Part shown: piece after piece, positions 16,112 to 24,517 of the stretch
Position numbering within the stretch: the first letter of the stretch is position 1
How the letters are laid out: every line of letters begins with the position of its first letter
Notes under the pieces: generated by a model
What the model was told of the DNA's origin: nothing
Seen by the model: the letters and a program-made list of their open reading frames with translations, nothing else
Databases searched by the model: none
NCBI GenBank assembly: GCA_049580985.1
Contig: JBAURA010000041.1
Coordinates: forward strand, 1-33,329
DNA length: 33,329 bases
Source of the DNA: Chloroflexia bacterium
GTDB lineage: Bacteria; Chloroflexota; Chloroflexia; QHBQ01; JADMIH01
Direction: 5' to 3'
Translations under genes and position numbers: made by a program

Positions 16112-17647
16112 ATGGCTGAAGAGAAACTGGTCTTCAATGGCATTGATGGGAGTAATGGTGAATATCTATTGCCGCCGCTGACCCCGCGGGAGCTGTCAGC
16201 CCTGGTGCAGCAAGAGGGCCAACCCCCAGATGATGTGCTAAGTCAGCTAGAGTGGCGTAACGACACCATTAGCGAGTCTCATCTCGGCGTGGTGGAAACG
16301 GTGGAGGATCCGCAAGACCTAGCCTATGCTGGCTGGGGGGTGATCTTCCCGGCCGCTATGCCTCAAGTCGAACTCGATGCCCTCAGGGATGCGCTCAAAA
16401 CGTTGTTGGATTGGCGAAAATCGCAGGCCACCAGAGAAAACCCAGACCGTTACAAAGAGTATTGCGGAGCCGACGGCTATATCCGGGATGATACAGCGTT
16501 CACGTGGCTGCCGCGCCATGGGCGCTCACCCGGAGAGGCTGCCAACCCAGACGTTATCCCCTACTACCTGTTGATCGTCGGCAGCCCCGAGGAGATCCCT
16601 TACCCCTTCCAATACCAGCTCGATGTTGTTTATGCCATCGGCAGGCTCTACTTTGAGACATGGCCCGATGAGAGTGATGAGCAAAGACTGGCCAAGTACG
16701 CACGCTACGCTCAGAGCTTGGTCGAAGCCGAGAAAGCCGCTGAACGAGGCGAGGGCTTCCGGACACGCAATGCCACGTTCTTCGGCGTAGCCAACCCGGA
16801 CGACAAGGCAACGCAACGCAGTGCCAACGAACTAGTGGCACCTCTCTATGCCGACCTCATCAACCGCCGCAAAGATTGGACGCTGAGCCTCGTACCGCCC
16901 GAGAAAGCAACCAAGGAAACACTTACCCGCCTGTTAGGTGGTGCGGATACCCCGAGCCTCCTTTTTACCGCCAGCCACGGCATGGGCTTCAAACTGAATG
17001 ATCCTCGCCTCGAACACCACCACGGTGCGCTGCTTTGCGGCGACTGGCCGGGCCCTGAGGAGTGGTTCGGACGCCCCATCCCCGAGGAGCACTACTTCTC
17101 AGCCGACGATGTTGCCGACGACGCGCAACTGCACGGTATGATCGCCTTTCACTTCGCTTGCTATGGTGGCGGTATTCCAAAGTTTGATGACTTCGGCCAC
17201 CGCGTGGGCAAAAGCGCCCAGATTGCACCCCGCTCACTGGTGGCCCACCTGCCGCAACGTTTACTGAGTCATCCTGGGGGTGGGGCGCTTGCCAATGTTG
17301 CCCATGTAGAGCGCGCCTGGAACTGCTCGTTTTCATGGAAGAAGCAAGTCAACTCGCAAACCGACACCTTCCGCGATACTCTACTGCGAATCACCCGTGG
17401 GGAGCGTATCGGCTGGGCTATGGAACATTTCAATGACCGCTATGCTGCACTGTCGACCAACCTCAGATACATTTTAGGCCAGATCAAACTCGGCGTGGTT
17501 GCCGACGACGCCAATCTCTCCAATATCTGGACGGCGAACAACGACGCCCGCAGTTACGTTATCCTCGGAGACCCGGCCGCCCGCCTGCCGCTGCCGAAGA
17601 AGGATCAGGAGGCCGCTAACCCACCGTCGCTCAACTTCTCTGGATAG
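16112..17647 (+). CDS. Cytoplasmic clan-CD cysteine peptidase, gingipain/C25-like (caspase-fold His-Cys dyad), with an unknown ~150-aa N-terminal region
   Basis: ATG 16112 is preceded by the strong RBS AGGAGGAGGAG (16101-16111), so it is preferred over TTG 16088. C25-like motifs are IPYYLLIVGSPEEIPYPFQYQLDVVYAIGRLYF, LLFTASHGMGF (His codon 16976-16978) and MIAFHFACYGGG (Cys codon 17159-17161). There is no signal peptide. Confidence 0.6.
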   Translation: MAEEKLVFNGIDGSNGEYLLPPLTPRELSALVQQEGQPPDDVLSQLEWRNDTISESHLGVVETVEDPQDLAYAGWGVIFPAAMPQVELDALRDALKTLLDWRKSQATRENPDRYKEYCGADGYIRDDTAFTWLPRHGRSPGEAANPDVIPYYLLIVGSPEEIPYPFQYQLDVVYAIGRLYFETWPDESDEQRLAKYARYAQSLVEAEKAAERGEGFRTRNATFFGVANPDDKATQRSANELVAPLYADLINRRKDWTLSLVPPEKATKETLTRLLGGADTPSLLFTASHGMGFKLNDPRLEHHHGALLCGDWPGPEEWFGRPIPEEHYFSADDVADDAQLHGMIAFHFACYGGGIPKFDDFGHRVGKSAQIAPRSLVAHLPQRLLSHPGGGALANVAHVERAWNCSFSWKKQVNSQTDTFRDTLLRITRGERIGWAMEHFNDRYAALSTNLRYILGQIKLGVVADDANLSNIWTANNDARSYVILGDPAARLPLPKKDQEAANPPSLNFSG

Positions 17648-18096
17648 GTGTTCGGCACCCAATCCACTGAACCTAAAAGTGGGGGTGCACCACAAATCGC
17701 AACAAACGGCAGCGTAGCGCAGGTCTCCACCTGATACAGACCCAGGCCCAACTATCGGCACACCCATCTCGCTGGCCGGTAATGGAGAAGGGGCTTCGAC
17801 GGCAACCAGGATACCGGTCGCCGAACATGTGGTCATCAACGTCTACACAACTGGCAGACTGGCAGAACTGAGGGCGGCCCTGTGCATGCTCTCCAACAAA
17901 GAGACGAGGTCGCCTATTGCCTTCTCGACGATATCGGCTCGGCCAGGGTATAAGGGACTTTGGGCAGAGTTTGATTGGCGCGCTGCAAGATATCATAAGC
18001 GACGTCGGTTCGGTGACGGTGACCACCTATGTCAGCAGCAACATGGCTGTGGTGACAATTGAACTAGCAAAATTGCTCGCCCATGATCCGGCAGTC

Positions 18097-18194
18097 TTAC
18101 TGCTCTATTTTCCTAAAAATTGCGCTATAATACTCGACAAGGATCGTCTTGTACAAAGCCCACGGTTCTGAAAAAGTGGACTCTGATTACAGCA
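18097..18194 (+). promoter_or_regulatory. Conserved upstream module, copy 1: candidate promoter (TATAAT at 18126-18131) and the start of a ~185-nt leader
   Basis: About 100 nt aligns with 20293-20391, for example tattttcctaaaaattgcgcTATAATactcgacaag versus catttttccaagaactgtgtTATAATaatcgacaag, and ggactctgattacagca versus ggactctaatgctgca. No good -35 element sits at 17-nt spacing. Confidence 0.4.
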
Positions 18195-18317
18195 TGGTAG
18201 AGTTCATGTCCAGCCCAAACAGCGAGGAAAGAACCAACTGCTTAAGGGATAAGTGAAAGGGAATAGCGAAGGGAGTCGCTATTGCGCGGCTCCAGTGGTC
18301 CAAAGGGAGGATCCACA

Positions 18318-20204
18318 ATGGTTACCACCATCAACCGGCGCGTATCGCTGGCGCGCTACTTATTGCTTATGCTGGCCCTGGTGGCTGTGCCGTTCCCGCC
18401 CACCGCCGGGATAGCTGCTTCGCCTGCTACGCCGGGCTGCATAGCCTCTCCGCCCAATGTGACCGGTATCTATAAAGAGGTCTGCGGCCGCTTCGCCGAT
18501 TACTGGAACTCGAAGGGCGGATTGGCCCAGCAAGGCTATCCACTTACGCCTGAAATGACCGAAATCAGCCAGGAGGACGGTAAGCCCTATCTGGTGCAGT
18601 ACTTCGAGCGGGCGGTGTTCGAATACCACCCTGAGCAGGAGGACCCCGACTACGAGGTGTTGCTCAGCCGGCTCGGCTACTCCTTTTACCGCATAAAATA
18701 CCCATCTGGCGCGCCCGATCAGCACGCCAACTCCGGTCCTGATTCGAGATACTTCGAAGCTACCGGCAAGTGGCTGGGTGGCCCATTCCTGCAATACTGG
18801 AACGATAATGGTGACCTGGCTCAGCAGGGGATGCCGATCTCCGACGAGTTCCAGGAAAAGAGCGCCTCCGACGGCCAAGTCTACACCGTCCAGTACTTCG
18901 AGCGCGCGGTGTTCGAGTACCATTCCGAGCTTACGACGACCAACAAGGTGCTTCTCCAACTCCTCGGCGTGTTCCGTTTGTACAGTGCCCTCGTCCAACC
19001 CTACTCGGGTTATCAGGGTTGGATTTGCCACCCTCGGCATCTGCACGAATACTCGAATTGCCTTCAAGGACAGTTGGGGGGGCCAGATCCAGAAAGTATG
19101 CCGAGCGAAGTAGCGGAAGGAGGGCCGTCGCCAACAGCCAGCCTGGCTCAACCAGACGATATCCTCCTTGCTAACGCCGACAACCCCCTCCCTGTGCGCT
19201 ACGCGACAAGTAGCCTGACGCTGATGAATGCGACAAAACTCGGTCTCTGGCAGAGCTCCCCATGCACTGCCTCGCACGGCGTCACTCTGCTTATGGGTGA
19301 TCCCGAGGACCTCAAGGTCTTTGCAAACCCGGCGGAGGTCGTGGTGAATGATGGGTCTATACCTCTGGAGGTCCAGGTCGGTAATGTCTGCGTCCACCCC
19401 CTGGGCACTTTTTACGGTGTGCGTCTGTGGCCTGACGGGAGCGCCGATGTAGCCGTCAAAAGCGGCGACCAGGGCGCTTTGGTTATCGTGCCACCGGGCC
19501 GCAGGACCAGGGTGTTACCCGGACAGCAAGTCCATGCCTCTCCGGCCGGGGTGGTCGTCGCAGTAGGATCGATCGATGCAGAGTTCGAAAAGTCCTTCGC
19601 TAGCCATAACGACCCTAGTCGCCCAGTTAGCCCCCCACCGTCCGATCCACCACAACCGCCCGGCTGGGCGTCCAGCCTGCTGAGCAACGGCGATTTCGAG
19701 ACCGGCACCCTGGCTACCTGGACCTCGCAAATCAACGGCGGCAGCGCCTTTATCGCCACTCGCCCACGACGGGCCGGGACCTATTCCGCCAGGATTACGA
19801 GCGTCGCCAAGGCCGGCGCGAACAGCGGCGTTGCTGGGGGAGGCACCTGCCCTGGCGGCAATCGCGTGCCGGTGGTACCCTCCACTTCCTATTCCTGGTC
19901 AGGCTGGGTCTTCATCCCAGAGTCGGACGCGCAACCCGGCGCCAGGTTATTAATCAACTGGTATAGTGCCTGCTCTGGTGGAAGCCATGTCGCTGTCTCC
20001 GGTACCTCTATAGCCCAGGCCACCGGCCAGTGGCTTCAGATCACCGGCCAAGCGTTCGCGCCTCCTAACGCCACACACGCGGCATTCATCATGGAGATCA
20101 CATCCGCGAACAACGCCGAGGGCAGCGCCTACTTCGACGACCTTCAGTTGAACGTCGTAGGTGTCCTTACACCGACCCATTTGTCCCCACTGTACCTGCG
20201 GTAA
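18318..20204 (+). CDS. Secreted protein: signal peptide, 2 LGFP-like repeats (QYFERAVFEYH), Cys-containing middle region, CBM4_9-like jelly-roll. Truncated paralog of 20561-23113.
   Basis: ATG 18318 follows RBS AAAGGGAGG and matches the start of the paralog (MVTTINRRVSLARYLLL...). The repeats read GGLAQQGYPLTPEM...GKPYLVQYFERAVFEYHPE and GDLAQQGMPISDEF...GQVYTVQYFERAVFEYHSE. The C-terminus NGDFETGTLATWTS...AYFDDLQLN is CBM4_9-like. Confidence 0.8.
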   Translation: MVTTINRRVSLARYLLLMLALVAVPFPPTAGIAASPATPGCIASPPNVTGIYKEVCGRFADYWNSKGGLAQQGYPLTPEMTEISQEDGKPYLVQYFERAVFEYHPEQEDPDYEVLLSRLGYSFYRIKYPSGAPDQHANSGPDSRYFEATGKWLGGPFLQYWNDNGDLAQQGMPISDEFQEKSASDGQVYTVQYFERAVFEYHSELTTTNKVLLQLLGVFRLYSALVQPYSGYQGWICHPRHLHEYSNCLQGQLGGPDPESMPSEVAEGGPSPTASLAQPDDILLANADNPLPVRYATSSLTLMNATKLGLWQSSPCTASHGVTLLMGDPEDLKVFANPAEVVVNDGSIPLEVQVGNVCVHPLGTFYGVRLWPDGSADVAVKSGDQGALVIVPPGRRTRVLPGQQVHASPAGVVVAVGSIDAEFEKSFASHNDPSRPVSPPPSDPPQPPGWASSLLSNGDFETGTLATWTSQINGGSAFIATRPRRAGTYSARITSVAKAGANSGVAGGGTCPGGNRVPVVPSTSYSWSGWVFIPESDAQPGARLLINWYSACSGGSHVAVSGTSIAQATGQWLQITGQAFAPPNATHAAFIMEITSANNAEGSAYFDDLQLNVVGVLTPTHLSPLYLR

Positions 20205-20253
20205 CATATCCGTTAGCCGAAGGGTTCGAGGCGGGGTATGGAAACTTCATAAA

Positions 20254-20293
20254 ATGCAACATGAAGTAGCAGAGTCGCTACTTCATGTTGCAT
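20254..20293 (+). terminator. Perfect 17-bp hairpin downstream of paralog 1 (possible terminator, no adjacent T-tract)
   Basis: ATGCAACATGAAGTAGC (20254-20270), loop agagtc, GCTACTTCATGTTGCAT (20277-20293). It sits exactly where homology to paralog 2 ends. Confidence 0.5.
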
Positions 20294-20391
20294 TATTGCT
20301 GATACATTTTTCCAAGAACTGTGTTATAATAATCGACAAGAGCTTGTTGTAGCAAGCCAACGATTCTGCCCGAATGGACTCTAATGCTGCA
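20293..20391 (+). promoter_or_regulatory. Conserved upstream module, copy 2: candidate extended -10 promoter (TGtTATAAT at 20322-20330) and the start of a ~230-nt leader
   Basis: Aligns with 18097-18194. TGTTATAAT matches the extended -10 consensus TGnTATAAT. Confidence 0.45.
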
Positions 20392-20560
20392 CACCAGGGC
20401 TTATGAACGGTCCAATAGCTAACATCGCCAGAATCTGAGACAACGGACCGGCTGCTAAAGAGACATTTGAAACACAATCATCAATGATTGTCCGGCCTGG
20501 TCGTAGATTGGGGCAGCAATCGCTATTGCATAGCACTACCGATCCGAAAGGAGAGTCGCT

Positions 20561-23113
20561 ATGGTTACCACTATCAACCGGCGCGTATCGCTGGCGCGCT
20601 ACTTACTGCTTGTGCTGGCCCTGGTGGCTGTGCCCTTCCCCTCCACGGCCGGGATGGCCTCTCCGCTTGCTCAGCAGGGCTGCGTACCTTTCCCAGCGAA
20701 TTTGACCGGTATTTATAAACGGCTGTGCGGACGCTTTGCCAATTACTGGAACCTGCATGGCGGACTCGCCCAGCAAGGCTATCCACTTACGCCTGAAGTC
20801 ATGGAAGTCAACCAGCAGGACGGCAAAATATACACAGTACAATACTTCGAGCGGGCTGTCTTTGAGTACCATCCCGAGTTCCGAGGCACTACCAATGAGG
20901 TGCTTCTATCGTTGCTCGGCGCCTCTTTTTATCGCAGTAGATACCCAAATGGCGCGCCGGGGCAGCGGCCCAACTCTGGCGCTGGTTCCATGTACTTCGA
21001 AAAGACCGAAAAGTGGTTGGGTGGTCGATTCCTGGAATACTGGCGGGCCAACGGTAGCCTGGCTCAACAGGGGATGCCGATCTCCGACGAGTTCCAGGAA
21101 AAGAGCGCCACCGACGGCAGGCCCTATACAGTCCAATACTTCGAGCGCGCGGTGTTCGAGTACCACCCCGGAAATGCGCGGCCCAACGATGTGCTTCTTA
21201 GCCTGCTTGGTGTGTCGCGCCTGCGCACTGCCCTCATCCAGCCCTACGACGGTTATGCGGGTTGGATTTGCCACCCCCCCCAACGGCACGAACACTCGAA
21301 TTGCCGCCAGAACCTGGGGGCTACGAATCCCTCGCCAACTATGCCGCACGACGTAGCGGTGGGCGGGCCGCCGCCCTGGGCTACCCTCGCTCAACCGGAC
21401 GATGTCATCCTTGCTAACGCCGGCAACATCCTCCCCGTGCGCTACGCGGCGCGTAGTCTGACGTTGGGCAAAGCGACGAAACTGGGCCTCTGGCCGAGCT
21501 ACCCATGCACCCAGCCGGAAAGTGTCACTCTGCTTATCGATAATCCCAATAAGGACAAGGATAGAACGGTCGTGACAAATCCGGGGGTAGTCGTGGTGAA
21601 CGACGGGATTTTACCTCTGGAGGTCGCGGCAGGCGCTACCTGCACCCAGCCCCAAGGCACTCTTTACGGCGTGCGTCTGTGGCCCGATGGCAGCGTCGAC
21701 GTGGCGGTCAAAAGCGGCGCCGAGGGCGCATTAGTGATTGGGCCAGCAGGCAGCACCAAGGTGCCGCCCACAAAGCAAGTTCATGCCTCCCCTGCGGGGG
21801 TGGTCGGCTTGCCGGGACCGATCGACGCAGAGTTCGAGAAGGACTTCGCTCGCCATAGCGACCCTAGCCTCCCACCTAGCACCCCAATACCTGATCCCCC
21901 TCGTCCGCCCGGCTGGGCATCCAGCCTGGTATTCAATGGCGATTTCGAGAACGGCACCCTGGCGTCCTGGACCACGCCAATCGGCGGCGGCAGCGCGTCC
22001 ATCGCCACTAGCCCTCGACGGGCCGGGACTTATTCCGCCAGAGTTACAAGTGCCCCCAAGGAGCGTCTGGGCAGCGGCGTTGCTGGAGGTGGCACCTGCC
22101 CCGGCGGCAACCGCGTGCCGGTGGTACCTAACGCTCACTATCAGTTGTCAGGCTGGGTCTTCATCCCAGAGTCGGACGCGCAACCCACCGCCAGGCTATT
22201 ACTCTACTGGTATAATACCTGCTCTGTTGGAGCCCCTGTTTCTCAATCCGGTTTCCGTTTTCTCCAAACCACCGGCCAATGGCTTCAACTCGGCAGCGGA
22301 GGGTCCGTGCCCAATAACGCCACATACGCGACCCTCAACATGGAGGTGGTGCCCGCCAACAACGCCGTAGCCAGTGCCTACTTCGATGACATTCAGTTGA
22401 ACGTCGCGGATGCCCCTGTTGCGACCGCTACCCCCACCGTACCTGTGGTAACATACCCGCTAGCCGAAGGATTCGAGTCTGGATACGGAAACTTCAGATC
22501 GAACGTCGCGGGTACTCCTGTACCGACCCCTGTCCCCACCGTACCACCCGTAGCCACGCCAAGGCCACCCGGCTGGGCCAGAACGACAAATAATGGCGCG
22601 GGCTGGACCGCTCACAGCGGCAATTGGGCAATATTTGCTCCCGATAAAGATAATAGCGCCAATCAGATCCTGTCGACTATCAGCCCCATCGCTATCCCGG
22701 CTAACGCGAATAGTGCCGTGCTGGACTTCTGGCATCGTTATGATTTGGGCCTCACAGGTTATCCGTATCCGGCACCGAGCGCCGGGGTGCTGGAAACTTC
22801 CACTGATGGAGGTATATCCTGGCGAGATGTGTTGTCAACTACATCCTTCATAGCAAACGGCTACAACGGCTCTACAGGGCCTAACGCGCGCGCCGGCGGC
22901 CAAATGCTTGGCGACAATCGCGCGAGTTGGATAGGTGATACCGGGGGTAGATATACGAAAGTCCAGGTCAACTTGCTGCCCTTCGCCGGGAGGAATCTCC
23001 TGTTCCGCTTCAACCTCGGTACTGGGGGTGAAGCTGGTTACTCTGGGTGCTGCACACCACATATCGGCTGGCAAATTGACGACATCTTAGTGACGATTAC
23101 TTCACGTCCGTAG
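20561..23113 (+). CDS. Secreted protein, full-length paralog: signal peptide, 2 LGFP-like repeats, middle region, CBM4_9-like domain, Pro/Thr linkers, and a C-terminal choice-of-anchor-J/MAM-like jelly-roll
   Basis: The first ~90 nt are more than 90% identical to 18318 onward, and the domain order is the same. The extra C-terminus reads GWARTTNNGAGWTAHSGNWAIFAP...AVLDFWHRYDL...GVLETSTDGGISWRDV...LLFRFNLG...GWQIDDILV. Confidence 0.8.
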   Translation: MVTTINRRVSLARYLLLVLALVAVPFPSTAGMASPLAQQGCVPFPANLTGIYKRLCGRFANYWNLHGGLAQQGYPLTPEVMEVNQQDGKIYTVQYFERAVFEYHPEFRGTTNEVLLSLLGASFYRSRYPNGAPGQRPNSGAGSMYFEKTEKWLGGRFLEYWRANGSLAQQGMPISDEFQEKSATDGRPYTVQYFERAVFEYHPGNARPNDVLLSLLGVSRLRTALIQPYDGYAGWICHPPQRHEHSNCRQNLGATNPSPTMPHDVAVGGPPPWATLAQPDDVILANAGNILPVRYAARSLTLGKATKLGLWPSYPCTQPESVTLLIDNPNKDKDRTVVTNPGVVVVNDGILPLEVAAGATCTQPQGTLYGVRLWPDGSVDVAVKSGAEGALVIGPAGSTKVPPTKQVHASPAGVVGLPGPIDAEFEKDFARHSDPSLPPSTPIPDPPRPPGWASSLVFNGDFENGTLASWTTPIGGGSASIATSPRRAGTYSARVTSAPKERLGSGVAGGGTCPGGNRVPVVPNAHYQLSGWVFIPESDAQPTARLLLYWYNTCSVGAPVSQSGFRFLQTTGQWLQLGSGGSVPNNATYATLNMEVVPANNAVASAYFDDIQLNVADAPVATATPTVPVVTYPLAEGFESGYGNFRSNVAGTPVPTPVPTVPPVATPRPPGWARTTNNGAGWTAHSGNWAIFAPDKDNSANQILSTISPIAIPANANSAVLDFWHRYDLGLTGYPYPAPSAGVLETSTDGGISWRDVLSTTSFIANGYNGSTGPNARAGGQMLGDNRASWIGDTGGRYTKVQVNLLPFAGRNLLFRFNLGTGGEAGYSGCCTPHIGWQIDDILVTITSRP

Positions 23114-24490
23114 AACCAATACCAACCCTACTGCATTGAGTATAGCCAGCCAAAGTATGGGTACAGCGAACGCCAACGTTTGAAAACGACGGGGCGCCAG
23201 GGCTGCCAGACCGCCGAGCATGCATAAGGCTATGGGCAACAGTACGGGGAAGAGAAAACGAGTATGTGGGTGAAAGGAAATGATGGTATTGTACTGAAGA
23301 AAACCCAGGAGCAAAGTCCCGGTGCTTGCGGCCATCGCCACCCCGATCTGCACAGTATACACAGCGATGGTTCGCTCCCACATGCGCCTGGCGGCCCCCA
23401 CCACCGCTATGCCTGTCAAGGCAATGAGAACCATGCCTAGCACGTTGCTGAGCCTATAATATTCGCCGGGTAGCTGAATGGTCGTCCACCCGAAGGTTCC
23501 CCAGAAGTTTTGCACAGTCCAGGTCAGGAACAGGTTGGCGTTGCCAAAGTACTGGAAGTCAATTGGATTGAAATGCCCCCGTGAAAAACGGAGAAGATCG
23601 AGGCTGCCGGTCGGCTCCCCATAGATAAGGGCATTTCGCGCCAACCACCAACCACAGACAGCCAGGGCTGCGCCGGCCACACTTAGCCCCAGTGGCGGAA
23701 TCTGCCGGAGCCATTGCCGCAACCCCCTCCCGGACCCTACTACTCCCTGGCGCGAGCGAAACAGCACGACAAAGACCAAACCAGGGAGCAAGGCTAAGGC
23801 ACTCAATTTCGCCAGTATGGCTAACCCGAACAGAGCGCCCGCGCGCAACAACCACGGATCATAGCGAGGTTCGCGCAGCCCACGGCACCAGACATAGAAA
23901 CTGGCAGCGCTCAACCAGTTGATAGTGCTGTCGTTTGAGGCCGCGGCACTATCGCAGCAGAACTGGGGCAACAGCGCGACAAACCCGCCAACAGCTAATG
24001 CCAGGCGGGGGGAGCAAGGGGCTAATTGACGGGTTGTCGCCCAGCAGTAATAAACGGCCAACGCTCCAAATAAAGCGGCGACACCGCGCCCAGCATAGAG
24101 CACCGCCGCTGGATCGGCAGGGACTATCCGCGCCACTAGTCCCGCGACTATGTAGTATAGCGGAGGTTGCCTCCCTTCGTAAGGCCAGAGAAGTAGCGGG
24201 GGGCGGCTGTAGCCGAGGTGAATAGCATAGTCCCGGGCGGCATCATCTACGGGCGTATTAGCGACAATGCCAGCCGGGTCCTGGTCGAAGCGAAAGTGGA
24301 CCTCGGGCAGGATATGCTGATTGCGTACTTGCAGGATCGCCTGTAGATGAGCCGGCTCGTCTACGGCGTTGAGTGGCTTTACTGCTACCGCCCAGCCAAT
24401 GTTCAGTCCCAGGCTTATCAACAGTAACACTACCCCAGGCGACACGCCTTGATACCGCATGGCCGGCCTGTGTAAGCCAATGGCAATCAT
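23102..24490 (-). CDS. DUF2142-like polytopic membrane protein (putative GT-C type glycosyltransferase)
   Basis: About 11 hydrophobic segments. The first-loop motif AVDEPAHLQAI and PPLYYIVAGLVARIV are typical of DUF2142. RBS GGAGGG lies in the 27-nt gap after the WD40 gene stop. The 3' end overlaps the convergent gene by 12 nt (23102-23113). Confidence 0.65.
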   Translation of the reverse strand: MIAIGLHRPAMRYQGVSPGVVLLLISLGLNIGWAVAVKPLNAVDEPAHLQAILQVRNQHILPEVHFRFDQDPAGIVANTPVDDAARDYAIHLGYSRPPLLLWPYEGRQPPLYYIVAGLVARIVPADPAAVLYAGRGVAALFGALAVYYCWATTRQLAPCSPRLALAVGGFVALLPQFCCDSAAASNDSTINWLSAASFYVWCRGLREPRYDPWLLRAGALFGLAILAKLSALALLPGLVFVVLFRSRQGVVGSGRGLRQWLRQIPPLGLSVAGAALAVCGWWLARNALIYGEPTGSLDLLRFSRGHFNPIDFQYFGNANLFLTWTVQNFWGTFGWTTIQLPGEYYRLSNVLGMVLIALTGIAVVGAARRMWERTIAVYTVQIGVAMAASTGTLLLGFLQYNTIISFHPHTRFLFPVLLPIALCMLGGLAALAPRRFQTLAFAVPILWLAILNAVGLVLVLRT

Positions 24491-24517
24491 ATGAGCCTTC
24501 GCCCTCCATAACGACTC

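Noticed and set aside
17917-18171. Possible conserved small peptide: LLLYFPKNCAIILDKD in ORF 17917-18171 versus LLLIHFSKNCVIIIDKS in ORF 20161-20352, with three consecutive synonymous third-position changes (K-N-C)
   Set aside because: Nucleotide homology between the two copies continues well past both stop codons and contains indels that are not multiples of 3. The shared segment also contains the TATAAT box. A duplicated promoter/leader explains it better than a coding sequence. Ribosome profiling or peptide evidence would be needed to revive the idea.
18360-19397. 345-aa minus-strand ORF
   Set aside because: It is antisense to secreted paralog 1. That gene has an RBS, a signal peptide, internal repeats and a conserved paralog. 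The shadow ORF has none of these.
18318-23113. Diversity-generating retroelement (template/variable repeat) as an explanation for the two similar C-terminal jelly-roll regions
   Set aside because: There is no reverse transcriptase gene in the window. The differences between the paralogs are spread over all bases and the whole gene, not concentrated at adenines of a short repeat.
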